This document shows positions 31,879 to 41,777 of a DNA stretch of 64,000 bases, in pieces; positions within the stretch are counted from its first letter, which is position 1, and every line of letters begins with the position of its first letter. Position numbers and translations under genes: made by a program. This stretch comes from Actinomycetota bacterium. Lineage in GTDB: Bacteria > Actinomycetota > Geothermincolia > Geothermincolales > RBG-13-55-18. The notes beneath the pieces were generated by a model. It did no database searches. It was not told where the DNA came from and saw only the letters and a list, made by a program, of their open reading frames with translations. The stretch covers positions 15,370-79,369 of the forward strand of contig JASEFK010000004.1 in the NCBI GenBank assembly GCA_030019255.1, given 5' to 3'.

Positions 31879-32883
31879 TCAGGAGCTCTCCCCCTTATCC
31901 TCGGGAGGATTGAAGTAGGCGGCGATTGCCCCCGCCAGGGCCGGGCCCAGCCCCGCCGGTATTTCCAGGCCGGGAGGCCATTCCACGACCACGCAGGGCA
32001 TGCGGGTCTCCCTCAGCAGGGGGTAACTCCGGGCCTCGGGAGAGGGCACGGGGACGCCGAGCGCATCCTTCATCCGGGAAGCCACGAGTTCCGCCAGCCG
32101 CCTGCCGCGGGGAGAGAAGTACTTTTTACTTCCGAAGAAGAAGACGCTGACCCGGTCGGAATCGCCGGGGCGGAAACCAACGACCGCGTCCGCCCCCCTC
32201 TGGTTGGCCGCCTGGGCCCGCTGGCTCTCCGACGCGGGCGCGGCGGGGCCCCCGGTCAATATGGTAAATATTCCCATATCACGCAGAACCAGGGAAGCAC
32301 GGCGTAGTGCCTCCGCGAGCTCGATCTGATCCGGGTCGAGGTCCAGCACCACTAGCCGTTCCCTCAGGCCGCGGTCCTCGCCGTCCCTAAGGGCCTCATG
32401 GACCACGGCCACGCTGGTCTCCTTCATGGCGTGCCTCAGTCGCAGGAGGCAGGAGATGGTGGAGGTTCCGGCGATCCCGTCCACGGGAAGGCCCATGTCG
32501 TGCTGGAAGGCACGCAGTGCCCGGTCGGTGTCCTGGCCGAAGATGCCGTCCTCGCGGCCGGCGTTGAACCCCAGTCGGTTGAGGTAGGACTGGAGCTCCC
32601 TCACGTCGTCGCCGCGGAAGGGCGGCACGCGCAGGTAGAGGAAGCGGTCGCCGAGGCGGAAGGAGGCCTCCACCAGCTCGCGCCAGGTGACCTCGTCCAC
32701 GCGGCCGTCCGGTCGCAGTCCGCGGGCGGACTGGAACTGGCGCACTGCCGCCTCTGTGGCCTCACCGAAGGAGAGCTCGCGCATCTCCGCCTCCATGCCC
32801 GGCGGCGAATAACCCAGTTCGTGGAGCCTTTTCTGGACGTCGGCCACCGGAAGTCCGCGGTCACCGCGGGAGATGGGCTGCAC
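31879..32883 (-). CDS. Two peptidoglycan-binding (PG_binding_1) domains plus a degenerate Amidase_3 (MurNAc-LAA-like) domain lacking the catalytic His residues
   Basis: 334 aa. The two PG_binding_1-type repeats run DVQKRLHELGYSPPG...FGEATEAAVRQFQ and DVRELQSYLNRLGFNAG...FGQDTDRALRAFQ. The C-terminal region is colinear with Amidase_3. VVLDLDPDQ replaces VVIDAGHGG, and VVGFRPGD replaces ISIHADA. ETRMPCVVVEWP matches the E..P.VLVE motif. Confidence 0.65.
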   Translation of the reverse strand: MQPISRGDRGLPVADVQKRLHELGYSPPGMEAEMRELSFGEATEAAVRQFQSARGLRPDGRVDEVTWRELVEASFRLGDRFLYLRVPPFRGDDVRELQSYLNRLGFNAGREDGIFGQDTDRALRAFQHDMGLPVDGIAGTSTISCLLRLRHAMKETSVAVVHEALRDGEDRGLRERLVVLDLDPDQIELAEALRRASLVLRDMGIFTILTGGPAAPASESQRAQAANQRGADAVVGFRPGDSDRVSVFFFGSKKYFSPRGRRLAELVASRMKDALGVPVPSPEARSYPLLRETRMPCVVVEWPPGLEIPAGLGPALAGAIAAYFNPPEDKGESS

Positions 32884-32886
32884 GTC

Positions 32887-35016
32887 TCATTCCCCCTCGT
32901 GGACGGGAAGGGTGAATTTGAAGGAAGACCCCTTTCCCGGCTCGCTTTCCACCCAGATGCGACCACCGTGGCTTTCCACGATGCCCTTGGATATGACCAG
33001 CCCCAGCCCCAGGCCGCCGGCGGAGCGGGTGGAGTCGGTCTCCACCTGGTAGAACATGGTAAACAACCTCCTCTGCTCGTGGAGGGGGATGCCGGGCCCG
33101 GTGTCCCGGACCTCGAATTCCACCATCCCCTCCTCCCGCGAGCGGCGGGCGGAGACCTCCACGGTCCCGCCCGGGGGAGTGAACTTGATGGCGTTGCCGA
33201 TGAGGTTCTCCAGCACCTGGTGGACCCTCCACACGTCTACGCTCACCGGGGGAAGCCCCTCCTCCACGGAGGATACGAGGCCCAATCCCCTTTCCGCCGC
33301 CTGGTTCCCGTATTCCGAGACCGCGTTGGCGATCAGCTCTTCCACGGGGGCGGGCCATTTCTTCCCTACCAGGCGGCCTTCTTCCAGGCGAGTGATGTCC
33401 AGGAGGTCGTTGATGATCTTGGTCATCTGGTCTGCTCGGGCGTTGATTATCCGAATCTTGTCCATCTGGAAGGGGGTGAGCTCTCCCAGCTCGCCGAACT
33501 GGAAGGCGTCGGCGTATCCCTTGATGATGGAGAGGGGGGTGCGCAGTTCGTGGGAGGCGATGGCTATGAAGTCCGATTTCATCTTGTCCAGCACGGAGAG
33601 CTCTTCGTAGGCCCTTTCCAGGTCCTGGTGGCTCTGCTCCACCATGGCCTCCAGTCGCCGGCGCTCGCTGAGGTCGTGGGCGATGCCCACGATACCCACC
33701 AGGTTACCTCCCCGGAAGACAGGCGCCGAGCTTATCTGCACCGGAAGCGGGGATCCATCGGCGCGGCGCAGCGAGGTCTCGAAGAAGACCTTCTCTCCGC
33801 GGCGACGCCTCTCTAACATCCGCTCCACCTTGTCCACCTCTTCCGGGACCACGACGTCCCGGGGCTCCTTGCGCATGAGCTCGTCGGGATGTGCGAGGCC
33901 CAGCATGTCCAGGAAGGCCTGGTTACAGAAGGTAAAACGGCCATCGGCGTCCATGGCGTAGAAACCGTCGTTGAGGCTCTCGATGAGCAGGTTGAGGTAG
34001 TCGGTGGTCTCGGCCAGACGGCGCTCCAGGCGCACGTATTCGCTCACCTCCTCGAAGAGGAGCAGGGCCTCCCGCACGTTGCCCTGTTCGTCCAGCAGGG
34101 GATGAAGGCGGACGCGGTGAAAGTGGTCCGTCCCCCCCACCACCTGGTGCACCCGCGGCTGCTCGAAGGAGCGCCCCTCCACCAACACCCGCCGCAGGAT
34201 GTGCTTCCAGTCGGCACGGAATTCCTGGGGCATGATGTCCAGGGCGGGCAGCCCCTCGAGCTCTTGCGGATCGATGCCCATGGCCTCGATCACCCACTCC
34301 TGCATGGACCGGTTGCAGCGCAGGACTCGGAAGTTGCGGTCCAGTACGGCGATCTTTACGGGCACGCTCTCGAAAATGCCCGCCTCGCGTTCCGAGACCT
34401 CCCTGAGAACCGCCTTTTCCCGGGCCTCGGCGGTGATGTCTTCCACGAGCACCAGGAAGAGGTCGCCCCGCGACCCCTCCCGGGAAGCCGTATTAGCCGG
34501 ACTTATCCGCACGCGGCATACCCCGGAGCGGTCCTCGAGGAAGTACTGCTCGAAATCGCGCTCCAGGGTCCCCCCCTGGCTACGGGCCTTCTCCAGATAG
34601 AGGGACCAGCTCCCGAAGAAGGGGGGCAGGAAGGCCTGGTCGAGGCGGCCGCCGGGCTCCAGGGCGCCATGGTGCCCCGCTTGGCGGGGCAGATCGCGGG
34701 CCGCGGCGTTGGTTCCCAGGATGCGCCCGCTCCCGTCCACCAGTATGGCGGGCACGGGGAGGAGGGAGAGGAAGGCTTCCCACCGGACCATGGAAGGGTG
34801 AGCGGGACGGCTCCGCCGGGCGGAGTGCCTGAGGAGAAAGAAAGTGGAAACGGGAATCGATGCCAGTGTTAAGGCGGCGAAAGCCACCCCTGCGGCCCTC
34901 CAACCCGCCGCCGTGAAGGCCAGGCAGAGCAGGGCCGGCAGGAGGGGTGCTGAGGCGGCAAGAAGGGGTGGGCTAACGCGCCTGTTCATCCCCCTCACCT
35001 TCCTCCGGGCGGGCAC
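32887..35016 (-). CDS. Membrane-anchored multi-PAS sensor histidine kinase
   Basis: 709 aa. Two N-terminal TM segments, at least two PAS domains, HisKA (IASHELRTPLSIIKGY) and HATPase_c (GLGLGLVISKGIVESHGG). Confidence 0.9.
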   Translation of the reverse strand: MPARRKVRGMNRRVSPPLLAASAPLLPALLCLAFTAAGWRAAGVAFAALTLASIPVSTFFLLRHSARRSRPAHPSMVRWEAFLSLLPVPAILVDGSGRILGTNAAARDLPRQAGHHGALEPGGRLDQAFLPPFFGSWSLYLEKARSQGGTLERDFEQYFLEDRSGVCRVRISPANTASREGSRGDLFLVLVEDITAEAREKAVLREVSEREAGIFESVPVKIAVLDRNFRVLRCNRSMQEWVIEAMGIDPQELEGLPALDIMPQEFRADWKHILRRVLVEGRSFEQPRVHQVVGGTDHFHRVRLHPLLDEQGNVREALLLFEEVSEYVRLERRLAETTDYLNLLIESLNDGFYAMDADGRFTFCNQAFLDMLGLAHPDELMRKEPRDVVVPEEVDKVERMLERRRRGEKVFFETSLRRADGSPLPVQISSAPVFRGGNLVGIVGIAHDLSERRRLEAMVEQSHQDLERAYEELSVLDKMKSDFIAIASHELRTPLSIIKGYADAFQFGELGELTPFQMDKIRIINARADQMTKIINDLLDITRLEEGRLVGKKWPAPVEELIANAVSEYGNQAAERGLGLVSSVEEGLPPVSVDVWRVHQVLENLIGNAIKFTPPGGTVEVSARRSREEGMVEFEVRDTGPGIPLHEQRRLFTMFYQVETDSTRSAGGLGLGLVISKGIVESHGGRIWVESEPGKGSSFKFTLPVHEGE

Positions 35017-35350
35017 CGCGAAGCTCCCCCCATATCCAGCTCCAGTACCTGGCCACGGTGGGCAGGGCCAGGGATATGGCGACGGTCATGGGGATGGAGG
35101 CCACCAGCAGCTTTATCACCAGGCCGGTGCGGGGGTCGGGTTCGGGGAGCCCCCAGGCCCCGAGCATGAGAAGAGTCCAGGAGACGGGCAGGGGGAGGAG
35201 GAAGAAGAAGACCGACAGGCCGAAGAGGCGGTAATAGGGTGGTATCTCCAGGGCCTCTCCCAGCCTCCTACTGAGGGACATGAGCAGCAGCAGCATGGCC
35301 CCCACGGAGAGGGGCCCGATGATGTACAGGGACGAGGACAGGTAGATCAT
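34973..35350 (-). CDS. Small polytopic membrane protein, second half of a split pair
   Basis: An ATG at 35350 (MIYLSSSLYIIGPL...) overlaps the upstream stop as ATGA. About 125 aa and 3-4 TM. Its 3' end overlaps the HK start by about 44 nt. Confidence 0.5.
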   Translation of the reverse strand: MIYLSSSLYIIGPLSVGAMLLLLMSLSRRLGEALEIPPYYRLFGLSVFFFLLPLPVSWTLLMLGAWGLPEPDPRTGLVIKLLVASIPMTVAISLALPTVARYWSWIWGELRGARPEEGEGDEQAR

Positions 35351-35652
35351 CTTCCCAGCATCAGGCGGTAAGCCCGGTAGACCACCACGAAAAGGCAGAC
35401 GCCCGCCAGCGCCGGCCAGATCGCCAGGTGAAGATATATGGCCACTATCGATTCTCCCACCGAGAAGATGAACGTGCTCAGCCCCATGAGGAGGAAGAAG
35501 GGGATGATGAGAAAAGGATAGGTGCGACCCCCAAACTTGTCCTCCGCCAGCCGGCATATTCCGTAGAAATAGACCAGCACCAGGGCGGTGGCGGAGGTGT
35601 TGTAGAACCACAGGAAGAGGGAAAAGGTCTTCAGCCAGTCGTAGGACGTCAC
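35347..35652 (-). CDS. Small polytopic membrane protein, first half of a split pair
   Basis: 101 aa with about 3-4 hydrophobic helices. It lies between the receiver gene and the HK. Confidence 0.5.
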   Translation of the reverse strand: MTSYDWLKTFSLFLWFYNTSATALVLVYFYGICRLAEDKFGGRTYPFLIIPFFLLMGLSTFIFSVGESIVAIYLHLAIWPALAGVCLFVVVYRAYRLMLGR

Positions 35653-35690
35653 CGCTCTCCCCTTCTCGGCCAGAATTCGCGCCCGGGTCC

Positions 35691-36086
35691 CTAGGAAGAG
35701 CCCGAGCTGCGCCTGCGCTCGTCCAGGATGCGCCTCACCTCGGTGAGCAGCTCCTGCTTGCTGAAAGGCTTGGTGATATAGCCCGCCGCCTTCATCACCG
35801 AGAGCCCGATCATCTTATCGATGTTCTGGGTGCGGGCGGTGATGAAGGCCACCGGCGTGTCCTTCGCTTCGGGATCGTTCTTGATGCGGCGAAGGACCTC
35901 CCAACCGTCCACCCTGGGCATCATGATGTCCAGGAGTATGAGGTCGGGCTTTTCCCGGAAGGTCTTCTCCAGCGCTTCCTCGCCGGAGAAAGCCGAGACG
36001 GTGGTGTACCCCGCGTTCCCCAGGAAGAGCTCGATCAGCTCCACCATCTCGCGATCGTCGTCCACGATGAGGATCTTTTCCGCCAC
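35691..36086 (-). CDS. Stand-alone CheY-like response-regulator receiver
   Basis: 131 aa. KILIVDDD...LILLDIMMPRVDG...YITKPF. The start is immediately adjacent to the KaiC-like stop. Confidence 0.9.
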   Translation of the reverse strand: MAEKILIVDDDREMVELIELFLGNAGYTTVSAFSGEEALEKTFREKPDLILLDIMMPRVDGWEVLRRIKNDPEAKDTPVAFITARTQNIDKMIGLSVMKAAGYITKPFSKQELLTEVRRILDERRRSSGSS

Positions 36087-36896
36087 CTACTTCACCTCCC
36101 CCTTCCCGGCTTTCCCCTTGGGGCCGAACACCTCGACGAAGGCGTCGATCTCCCTCTTGCGGGGCAGGCCGGAGAGCACCCCCTCCCGGTCGGAGAACGG
36201 CTCGCCGATCAGGATTCCCCGTTCGGTGATGCGAAACTCCCTTATGGACTTGTCGTGCGAGCTGGCCCTCTGCTTGAGCACCAGCATGGCGCGGGCGATG
36301 GAGGAATCGAGCTCCACGTAGCGCAGGATGATGACCGCGTCCACCAGGTAGGAGATGCCGTACTGCGCGGCGGCCATGTCGCCGGTGATGCCCGGGTCTT
36401 CCTGGGTTACCAGGGCGGTGAGGCCGTGCCGGAGGAGGGCGTTGGTGAAGGTGAAGGCAATCTCCCGCATCTTTACCGGGTCGCGGGTGAGCCTCTCCAG
36501 GTGGGAGATGGAGTCCACGAGTATCCTGCGCGCTCCCAGCTCCTGCACCATGGTGTCCAGGAGCCCCCCGGAGGCCTGGGCCTGCTCGAAGAAGATCTCG
36601 GGAGAGGTGAAGAGGATGCGCACCAGGCCTCTGCGCTCAAGGTCCTGGAGGTCGAAGCCCAGGGAAATGGCGTCGCGCAGGAGCTTCTTGGGAAAGTGCT
36701 CGAAGGTCACTATGAGCCCCGGTTCCCCGAATTCTTCGGCGCCCCTGGCGATAAATTCCAGTCCCAGGCAGGTTTTTCCAGTTCCCGGTGCCCCCAGAAC
36801 CAGGGTCACCGAACCCCGGTACGGCCCGCCGTCCATCATCTCGTCGAGCCTGGGGATGCCGGTGGAAGCCCGTTCCCTTACCGATTCCTCGTTCAT
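36087..36896 (-). CDS. Single-domain KaiC-like RecA-superfamily ATPase (COG0467-type signalling ATPase)
   Basis: 269 aa. GIPRLDEMMDGG...LVLGAPGTGKT Walker A, VTFEH (compare KaiC VTFEE), ILVDSIS Walker B. Confidence 0.85.
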   Translation of the reverse strand: MNEESVRERASTGIPRLDEMMDGGPYRGSVTLVLGAPGTGKTCLGLEFIARGAEEFGEPGLIVTFEHFPKKLLRDAISLGFDLQDLERRGLVRILFTSPEIFFEQAQASGGLLDTMVQELGARRILVDSISHLERLTRDPVKMREIAFTFTNALLRHGLTALVTQEDPGITGDMAAAQYGISYLVDAVIILRYVELDSSIARAMLVLKQRASSHDKSIREFRITERGILIGEPFSDREGVLSGLPRKREIDAFVEVFGPKGKAGKGEVK

Positions 36897-37153
36897 CCAG
36901 CCTCCCTCTTCAACTCTTATTATACACGCCGATTATACACGCCGGCCTCCCTCCCCTTCCCCCGGGGGCCGGGCAGCCTCCGGGCGGAGGTCGCGGGTAG
37001 CGGCTTCCCGGTGATGGGTGTGCGGAACCCGACGCCGGGGTTTCCGCTCCCGGCGTTCGCGTAAAGAATAGGTTTAGAGAGAACTCCACATAAAGGAGAA
37101 AAGCTTTCGGCCGGGCGGCGGCGGAGGTCGCGGCAGCGTGCTATACTTATAAC

Positions 37154-37428
37154 GTGATCGTGCTAGGCGGGGAGCTAGCGGTGCCCTGTACCCGCAATCC
37201 GCTATAGCGGGGCTTAATTCCCAACTGAGGCTCTCCGGTCTTGAGTATGGCGCGCCGGCAAGCGGCGTTGAAGGTCGGGTCCTGCGCAACGGGAACTTGC
37301 GAACCCCGTCAGGTCCGGAAGGAAGCAGCGGTAAGCAAATCTTCCCGGGTGCCGCAGACCAACCTGACCGGAGCAGGCTACCGGCGTAGCGCTCGGGGTC
37401 GGGAGTCGAAGGCGGGTGCACGATCACA
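37154..37428 (+). ncRNA. ffs: Signal recognition particle RNA, large Bacillus-type with an Alu domain
   Basis: The domain IV motif ccGTCAGGTCCGGAAGGAAGCAGCgg lies at 37303-37330. The 5' region GTGCTAGGCGGGGAGCTAGCGGTGCCCTGTACCCGCAATCCGCTATAGCGGGGC is near-identical to B. subtilis scRNA. The 5'/3' terminal pairing is gtgatcgtgc/gcacgatcac. About 275 nt, immediately upstream of dnaX as in Firmicutes. Confidence 0.85.
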
Positions 37429-37478
37429 TATATTTGCCCGCGATCATCCGATGTTAGAAGGCCGGGAGAAGATAGGAA

Positions 37479-39431
37479 TTGGCTTACATCTCGCTTTACC
37501 GCAAGTGGCGCCCCCAGACCTTCGAGGAGGTGGTGGGCCAGGAGTACGTGACCCGGACCCTGGCCAACGCCGTCCGCTCCGGGAACATCGCCCACGCCTA
37601 CCTTTTCGCCGGCCCGCGGGGAACGGGGAAGACCAGCACCGCGCGCATCCTGGCCAAGGCCCTGAACTGCGAGGAGGGCCCCACCCCCAACCCCTGCAAC
37701 CATTGCTCCTCCTGCCGTTCCATAACCGACGGCACCTCGGTGGACGTGGTGGAGATAGACGCGGCCTCCAACCGCGGCATAGACGACATCCGGGACCTGC
37801 GGGAGAGGGTTATCTTCACCCCCGCCTCTTCGCGGGTCAAGGTCTACATCCTCGACGAGGCCCACATGATAACCAAGGAGGCCTTCAACGCCTTCCTCAA
37901 GACGCTGGAGGAACCGCCGGCCCACGCGGTCTTCGTCCTGGCCACCACCGAGCCCCACAAGCTCCCGCAGACCATCCTTTCCCGCTGCCAGAGGCATGAT
38001 TTCCGCAGCGTCCCCGCCCCCCTGTTGGCCGAGTACCTCCGGAGGGTGGCCGGGGAGGAGGGCTACCGGGTCACCCCGGAGGCCCTGCGCCTGGTAGCCC
38101 GCCGGGCGAGGGGATCGGTGCGCGATGCCCTGGTGGCGCTGGAGCAGTTGGCCAGCTACGGGGATGGGGTGGTGGAGGAATCCGATGCCGCGGGCTTCCT
38201 GGGGCTCATAGAGGACGAGGTGCTGCTGGAGATGGGAGAGTCGCTCATCGGGGGCGACCTCCAGGCGGTGATTTCCATGGTCGAGAGGGTTCACGAGGAG
38301 GGGAGGGACCTGGCACACTTCGCGGCCCAGGTCCAGGAACATTTTCGCAAGGTCCTCCTCCTCCAGCACGCCGACCTCGGGGCGGTGGACCTGGAGGTGG
38401 ACGAGGATTCCCTGCGCAGGCTGCGCGAGCAGGCCTCCCTCCTTTCGCCGGAGAGAACCCTGCACTTCATCGCCGCCATGGGGCGCGCCCGCGAGGAGAT
38501 GAAGCAGTCCTCCTCCCCCCGCCTGGTCCTGGAGAGCGCCCTGATAGCCATGGCCCGGGAAGACCTGGAGGGCACCCCGGAGGCCATCCTCGCCCGCCTC
38601 AAGAGGCTGGAGGGAAAGCTGGAGGGGATGGCGCACCGGGAGGCCGCCACCGCGGCGCTCCGGGGGGAGGCCCGCACTGGGAGGGCTGCGACCCGCTCCG
38701 GGGGCGCGGCCGCGGCGGTAACGGAGGCGGAGGCGGCAGGCGCGGGGCCGGAAGAAATAAAGGCGGAGGCGGGAGCGGCGGAGGTGGCCGCGGAACCAGA
38801 AGGGCCCCGCGAGGAGCCGGAAGCGGTAGTCGAGGAACCGGCAGCGGCCGTTTCCCGCGAGGACTCCTCCGCGGCCGGGCTGGACCTGGCGGCGGTGCGG
38901 AAGTCCTGGGCTCGGGTCAAGGAGCGAGTGCGGGAGATAAAAGTCCCGACCCACGCCCTGCTGCTGGAGGGAAAGCCCCTCCGCCTGGAGGGCGACGAGC
39001 TGGTGATCTCCTTCCCTTCCGACCGCTCCTTTCACTACCGTGAGCTGAGCAAGGAAAACCACAGGCGCGTCGTGGAGCGGGCCCTGGAGGAGGTGCTGGG
39101 GGCGCCCCTGCGGGTGAGCGCCGTCCTGGAGGAGGGAGGCCGGGGGTCGGCAGAGGCTCCCGCTCCGGTGGGGAAGTCCCGCGGTTCCTCCGTCCGGTCG
39201 AGGCGGGCGGCAAGGGAGGGAGAGGCCGGGGGCATTCCTGATACGGGCGAGGATGAAGGCGCCGTCGAGCGGCAGCCGGAGACGGCGCCGCGGCGGGCGC
39301 CGGAGGACGTGGAAAAGGAGGTCGCTGCCCCGGTGGAAAAGGAAGCCGGGGCCGGAGAGGCTGGCAAGGTGAAGCTGCTTAAGGACATCTTCGGGGCAGA
39401 GATGGTGGAGGAGATAAAGCTCCAGGAGTGA
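37479..39431 (+). CDS. dnaX: DNA polymerase III subunits gamma/tau
   Basis: 650 aa. TTG start, [25 protein letters not shown]+ motifs GPRGTGKTS. Ala/Glu-rich linker. Confidence 0.9.
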   Translation: MAYISLYRKWRPQTFEEVVGQEYVTRTLANAVRSGNIAHAYLFAGPRGTGKTSTARILAKALNCEEGPTPNPCNHCSSCRSITDGTSVDVVEIDAASNRGIDDIRDLRERVIFTPASSRVKVYILDEAHMITKEAFNAFLKTLEEPPAHAVFVLATTEPHKLPQTILSRCQRHDFRSVPAPLLAEYLRRVAGEEGYRVTPEALRLVARRARGSVRDALVALEQLASYGDGVVEESDAAGFLGLIEDEVLLEMGESLIGGDLQAVISMVERVHEEGRDLAHFAAQVQEHFRKVLLLQHADLGAVDLEVDEDSLRRLREQASLLSPERTLHFIAAMGRAREEMKQSSSPRLVLESALIAMAREDLEGTPEAILARLKRLEGKLEGMAHREAATAALRGEARTGRAATRSGGAAAAVTEAEAAGAGPEEIKAEAGAAEVAAEPEGPREEPEAVVEEPAAAVSREDSSAAGLDLAAVRKSWARVKERVREIKVPTHALLLEGKPLRLEGDELVISFPSDRSFHYRELSKENHRRVVERALEEVLGAPLRVSAVLEEGGRGSAEAPAPVGKSRGSSVRSRRAAREGEAGGIPDTGEDEGAVERQPETAPRRAPEDVEKEVAAPVEKEAGAGEAGKVKLLKDIFGAEMVEEIKLQE

Positions 39432-39499
39432 GGCTCCCGCGAAGCGTGGCGCGGGCGGCCAGCCCGGCGTGCCGGGAGCGGGGGACGAGGAGGTCGAGC

Positions 39500-39814
39500 A
39501 TGAATGGGAATCTTCAAAAGATGATGAAACAGGCCCAGAAGTTGCAGCGCCAGATGCTGGAGGCGCAGGAGGCCCTGGCCGAGGAGAGGGTGGAAGCCAC
39601 TTCCGGCGGAGGGATGGTGAAGGCAGTGGCCGACGGGCAGCAGAACATCCTGGAGATAAAGATCGATCCCCAGGTGGTGGACCCCGAGGACGTGGAGATG
39701 CTAGAGGACCTGGTCCTTGCGGCGGTCACCGAGGCGCTCAGGAAATCCCGCGAGCTGGCGGAGGAAAGGCTGGGGGCCTTCACCAAGGGCTTGAAGATAC
39801 CGGGACTCTTTTAG
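39500..39814 (+). CDS. ybaB: Nucleoid-associated protein YbaB/EbfC
   Basis: [26 protein letters not shown]... is canonical YbaB. The listed ORF 39428-39814 begins at an upstream GTG. My base count around 39480 is off by 1, so I took the coordinates from the ORF track. Confidence 0.88.
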   Translation: MNGNLQKMMKQAQKLQRQMLEAQEALAEERVEATSGGGMVKAVADGQQNILEIKIDPQVVDPEDVEMLEDLVLAAVTEALRKSRELAEERLGAFTKGLKIPGLF

Positions 39815-39822
39815 GAGGGGAA

Positions 39823-40419
39823 GTGCTGTACACGCCCCCCCTGGCGAGGTTGGTGGAAGAACTTTCCAAACTCCCCGGGATCGGGCCCAAGACGGCCCAG
39901 AGACTCGCCTTTCACCTCCTGAAGGTCCCTCCCGAGGAGGCCCGGTCCCTGGCCCAGGCCATCATGGAGGCGAGGGAAAAGATATCCTACTGCAGCCGCT
40001 GCTTCAACTTCGCCGAGGGGGAGCTCTGCGAGTACTGCGCGGACGCCCGGCGCGACCTAACCCTGGTATGCGTGGTGGAACGCCCCCAGGACATAGTGGC
40101 CGTGGAGAGGACGGGGGAGTTCCGGGGCCTCTACCACGTGCTGGGCGGGGCCATCTCCCCCATCGACGGCATCGGGCCGGAGGAGCTGCGCATCCGGGAA
40201 CTTCTGGAGAGGGTGCGCCGGGACGGGGTCCGGGAGGTCATCATCGCCACCAACCCGCGGGTGGAGGGGGAAGCCACGGCCATGTACCTGGCCAACCTCC
40301 TCAAGCCCCTAGGGGTGCGCGCCACGCGCATCGCCAGCGGCCTGCCGGTGGGAGGGGACCTGGAGTACGCGGACGAGGTCACCCTGGGAAGGGCCCTCAA
40401 GGGCAGGCATGACCTCTAA
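39823..40419 (+). CDS. recR: Recombination protein RecR
   Basis: 198 aa from the GTG at 39823 behind an [25 protein letters not shown] HhH motif, C4 zinc finger (CSRCFNF...CEYC) and a Toprim domain. The listed 316-aa ORF 39469-40419 merges a shadow of ybaB with recR. Confidence 0.9.
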   Translation: MLYTPPLARLVEELSKLPGIGPKTAQRLAFHLLKVPPEEARSLAQAIMEAREKISYCSRCFNFAEGELCEYCADARRDLTLVCVVERPQDIVAVERTGEFRGLYHVLGGAISPIDGIGPEELRIRELLERVRRDGVREVIIATNPRVEGEATAMYLANLLKPLGVRATRIASGLPVGGDLEYADEVTLGRALKGRHDL

Positions 40420-40505
40420 CGCCTTGACAGCCGCGGGGCCCGGGCGTAAAAAGAGAAAAAGCCTGGAGAAAGGCAGTTCGCGCGTCGATAGGTAATATCT
40501 GGAAA

Positions 40506-41747
40506 ATGGACAGGCAGCGGATCCTGGTACAGAAGTTCGGCGGGACTTCCGTGGCCGACACGGAGAAGATAAAGAACGTGGCCAGGCGCATCGCGGACAC
40601 CCGCCGGAAGGGCTACCACGTGGTGGCGGTGATCTCCGCCCTGGGGGACACCACCGATCGGCTGGTGGAGCTGGCCTACCAGATCACCTCCCGGCCCCGG
40701 GAGAGGGAGATGGACATGCTCTTAGCCACCGGGGAGCAGATCTCCGTGGCCCTGCTCTCCATGGCCATGCACGAGCTGGGACACGAGGCCATATCTTTCA
40801 CCGGGGCCCAGGTGGGCATCGTCACCGACAGCGCCCACACCAAGGCCAAGATCCTGGACGTCAAGGTGGGACGCATACTCGAGGAGCTGGAAAAGGGAAG
40901 CGTGGTGATCGTGGCCGGCTTCCAGGGCGTCTCCCTGGACGACCAGATAACCACTTTAGGGCGGGGAGGCTCGGACACCACGGCGGTGGCCCTGGCCGCC
41001 GCCCTGGGGGCGGAGGTGTGCGAGATCTACACCGACGTGGACGGGGTGTACACCGCGGACCCCCGGGTGGTGCCCGAGGCGCGGAAGCTGAGCCGGGTCT
41101 CCTACGAGGAGATGCTGGAGATGGCCGCCACCGGGGCCAGGGTCCTGCAGCTGCGCAGCGTGGAATTCGCGAGGAATTACGGGGTGGTGATTCACGTGAG
41201 ATCCAGTTTTTCCCAGGAGGAAGGCACCTGGATAACCGAAGAGGACGAGCGCATGGAGAAGGCCATCATCAGCGGCGTAACCCACGACGTGAGCGAGGCC
41301 AAGGTCACCGTCTTCAACGTCCCGGACCGCCCGGGCGTGGCCGCCACCCTGTTCAAGGCCCTGGCGGCGGAGAACATAAACGTGGACATGATCATCCAGA
41401 ACGTGAGCGAGAACCAGCGGACGGACATCTCCTTCACGGTGAGCAAGGAGGACCTGCAGAAGGCGGAGGAGATAACCGCCCGGGTGGCCGAGGAGCTGGG
41501 GGCGGGCGGCGTCAGCGTGGATCGGGACATCGCCAAGGTAAGCCTGGTGGGGGCGGGCATGCGCACCCACCCGGGAGTGGCGGCAGACATGTTCGCCGCC
41601 TTGGCGGAGAACGACATCAACATAGAGATGATAAGCACCTCGACCATCAAGATAAGCTGCGTCATCCGGGCGGAGGACGTGGAGAAGGCCGTGCGGGCCA
41701 TACATGCCAAGTTCGGCCTGGACCGCGGGGTGGTCATGAGGGCCTGA
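40506..41747 (+). CDS. lysC: Aspartate kinase
   Basis: 413 aa. VQKFGGTSV and two C-terminal ACT domains. Confidence 0.9.
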   Translation: MDRQRILVQKFGGTSVADTEKIKNVARRIADTRRKGYHVVAVISALGDTTDRLVELAYQITSRPREREMDMLLATGEQISVALLSMAMHELGHEAISFTGAQVGIVTDSAHTKAKILDVKVGRILEELEKGSVVIVAGFQGVSLDDQITTLGRGGSDTTAVALAAALGAEVCEIYTDVDGVYTADPRVVPEARKLSRVSYEEMLEMAATGARVLQLRSVEFARNYGVVIHVRSSFSQEEGTWITEEDERMEKAIISGVTHDVSEAKVTVFNVPDRPGVAATLFKALAAENINVDMIIQNVSENQRTDISFTVSKEDLQKAEEITARVAEELGAGGVSVDRDIAKVSLVGAGMRTHPGVAADMFAALAENDINIEMISTSTIKISCVIRAEDVEKAVRAIHAKFGLDRGVVMRA

Positions 41748-41777
41748 CCTTGAGTGCCTGAACGGGAGGCGGCGGCC

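Noticed and set aside
37074-39062. 662-aa minus-strand ORF
   Set aside because: Antisense to dnaX and the SRP RNA. Low-complexity translation. The sense strand carries the AAA+ clamp-loader motifs.
39469-40419. 316-aa ORF assigned to recR
   Set aside because: The first about 118 codons are a shadow frame across ybaB. The RecR family N-terminus ([27 protein letters not shown]) begins at the GTG at 39823 with an AGGAGG SD, giving a canonical 198-aa RecR.
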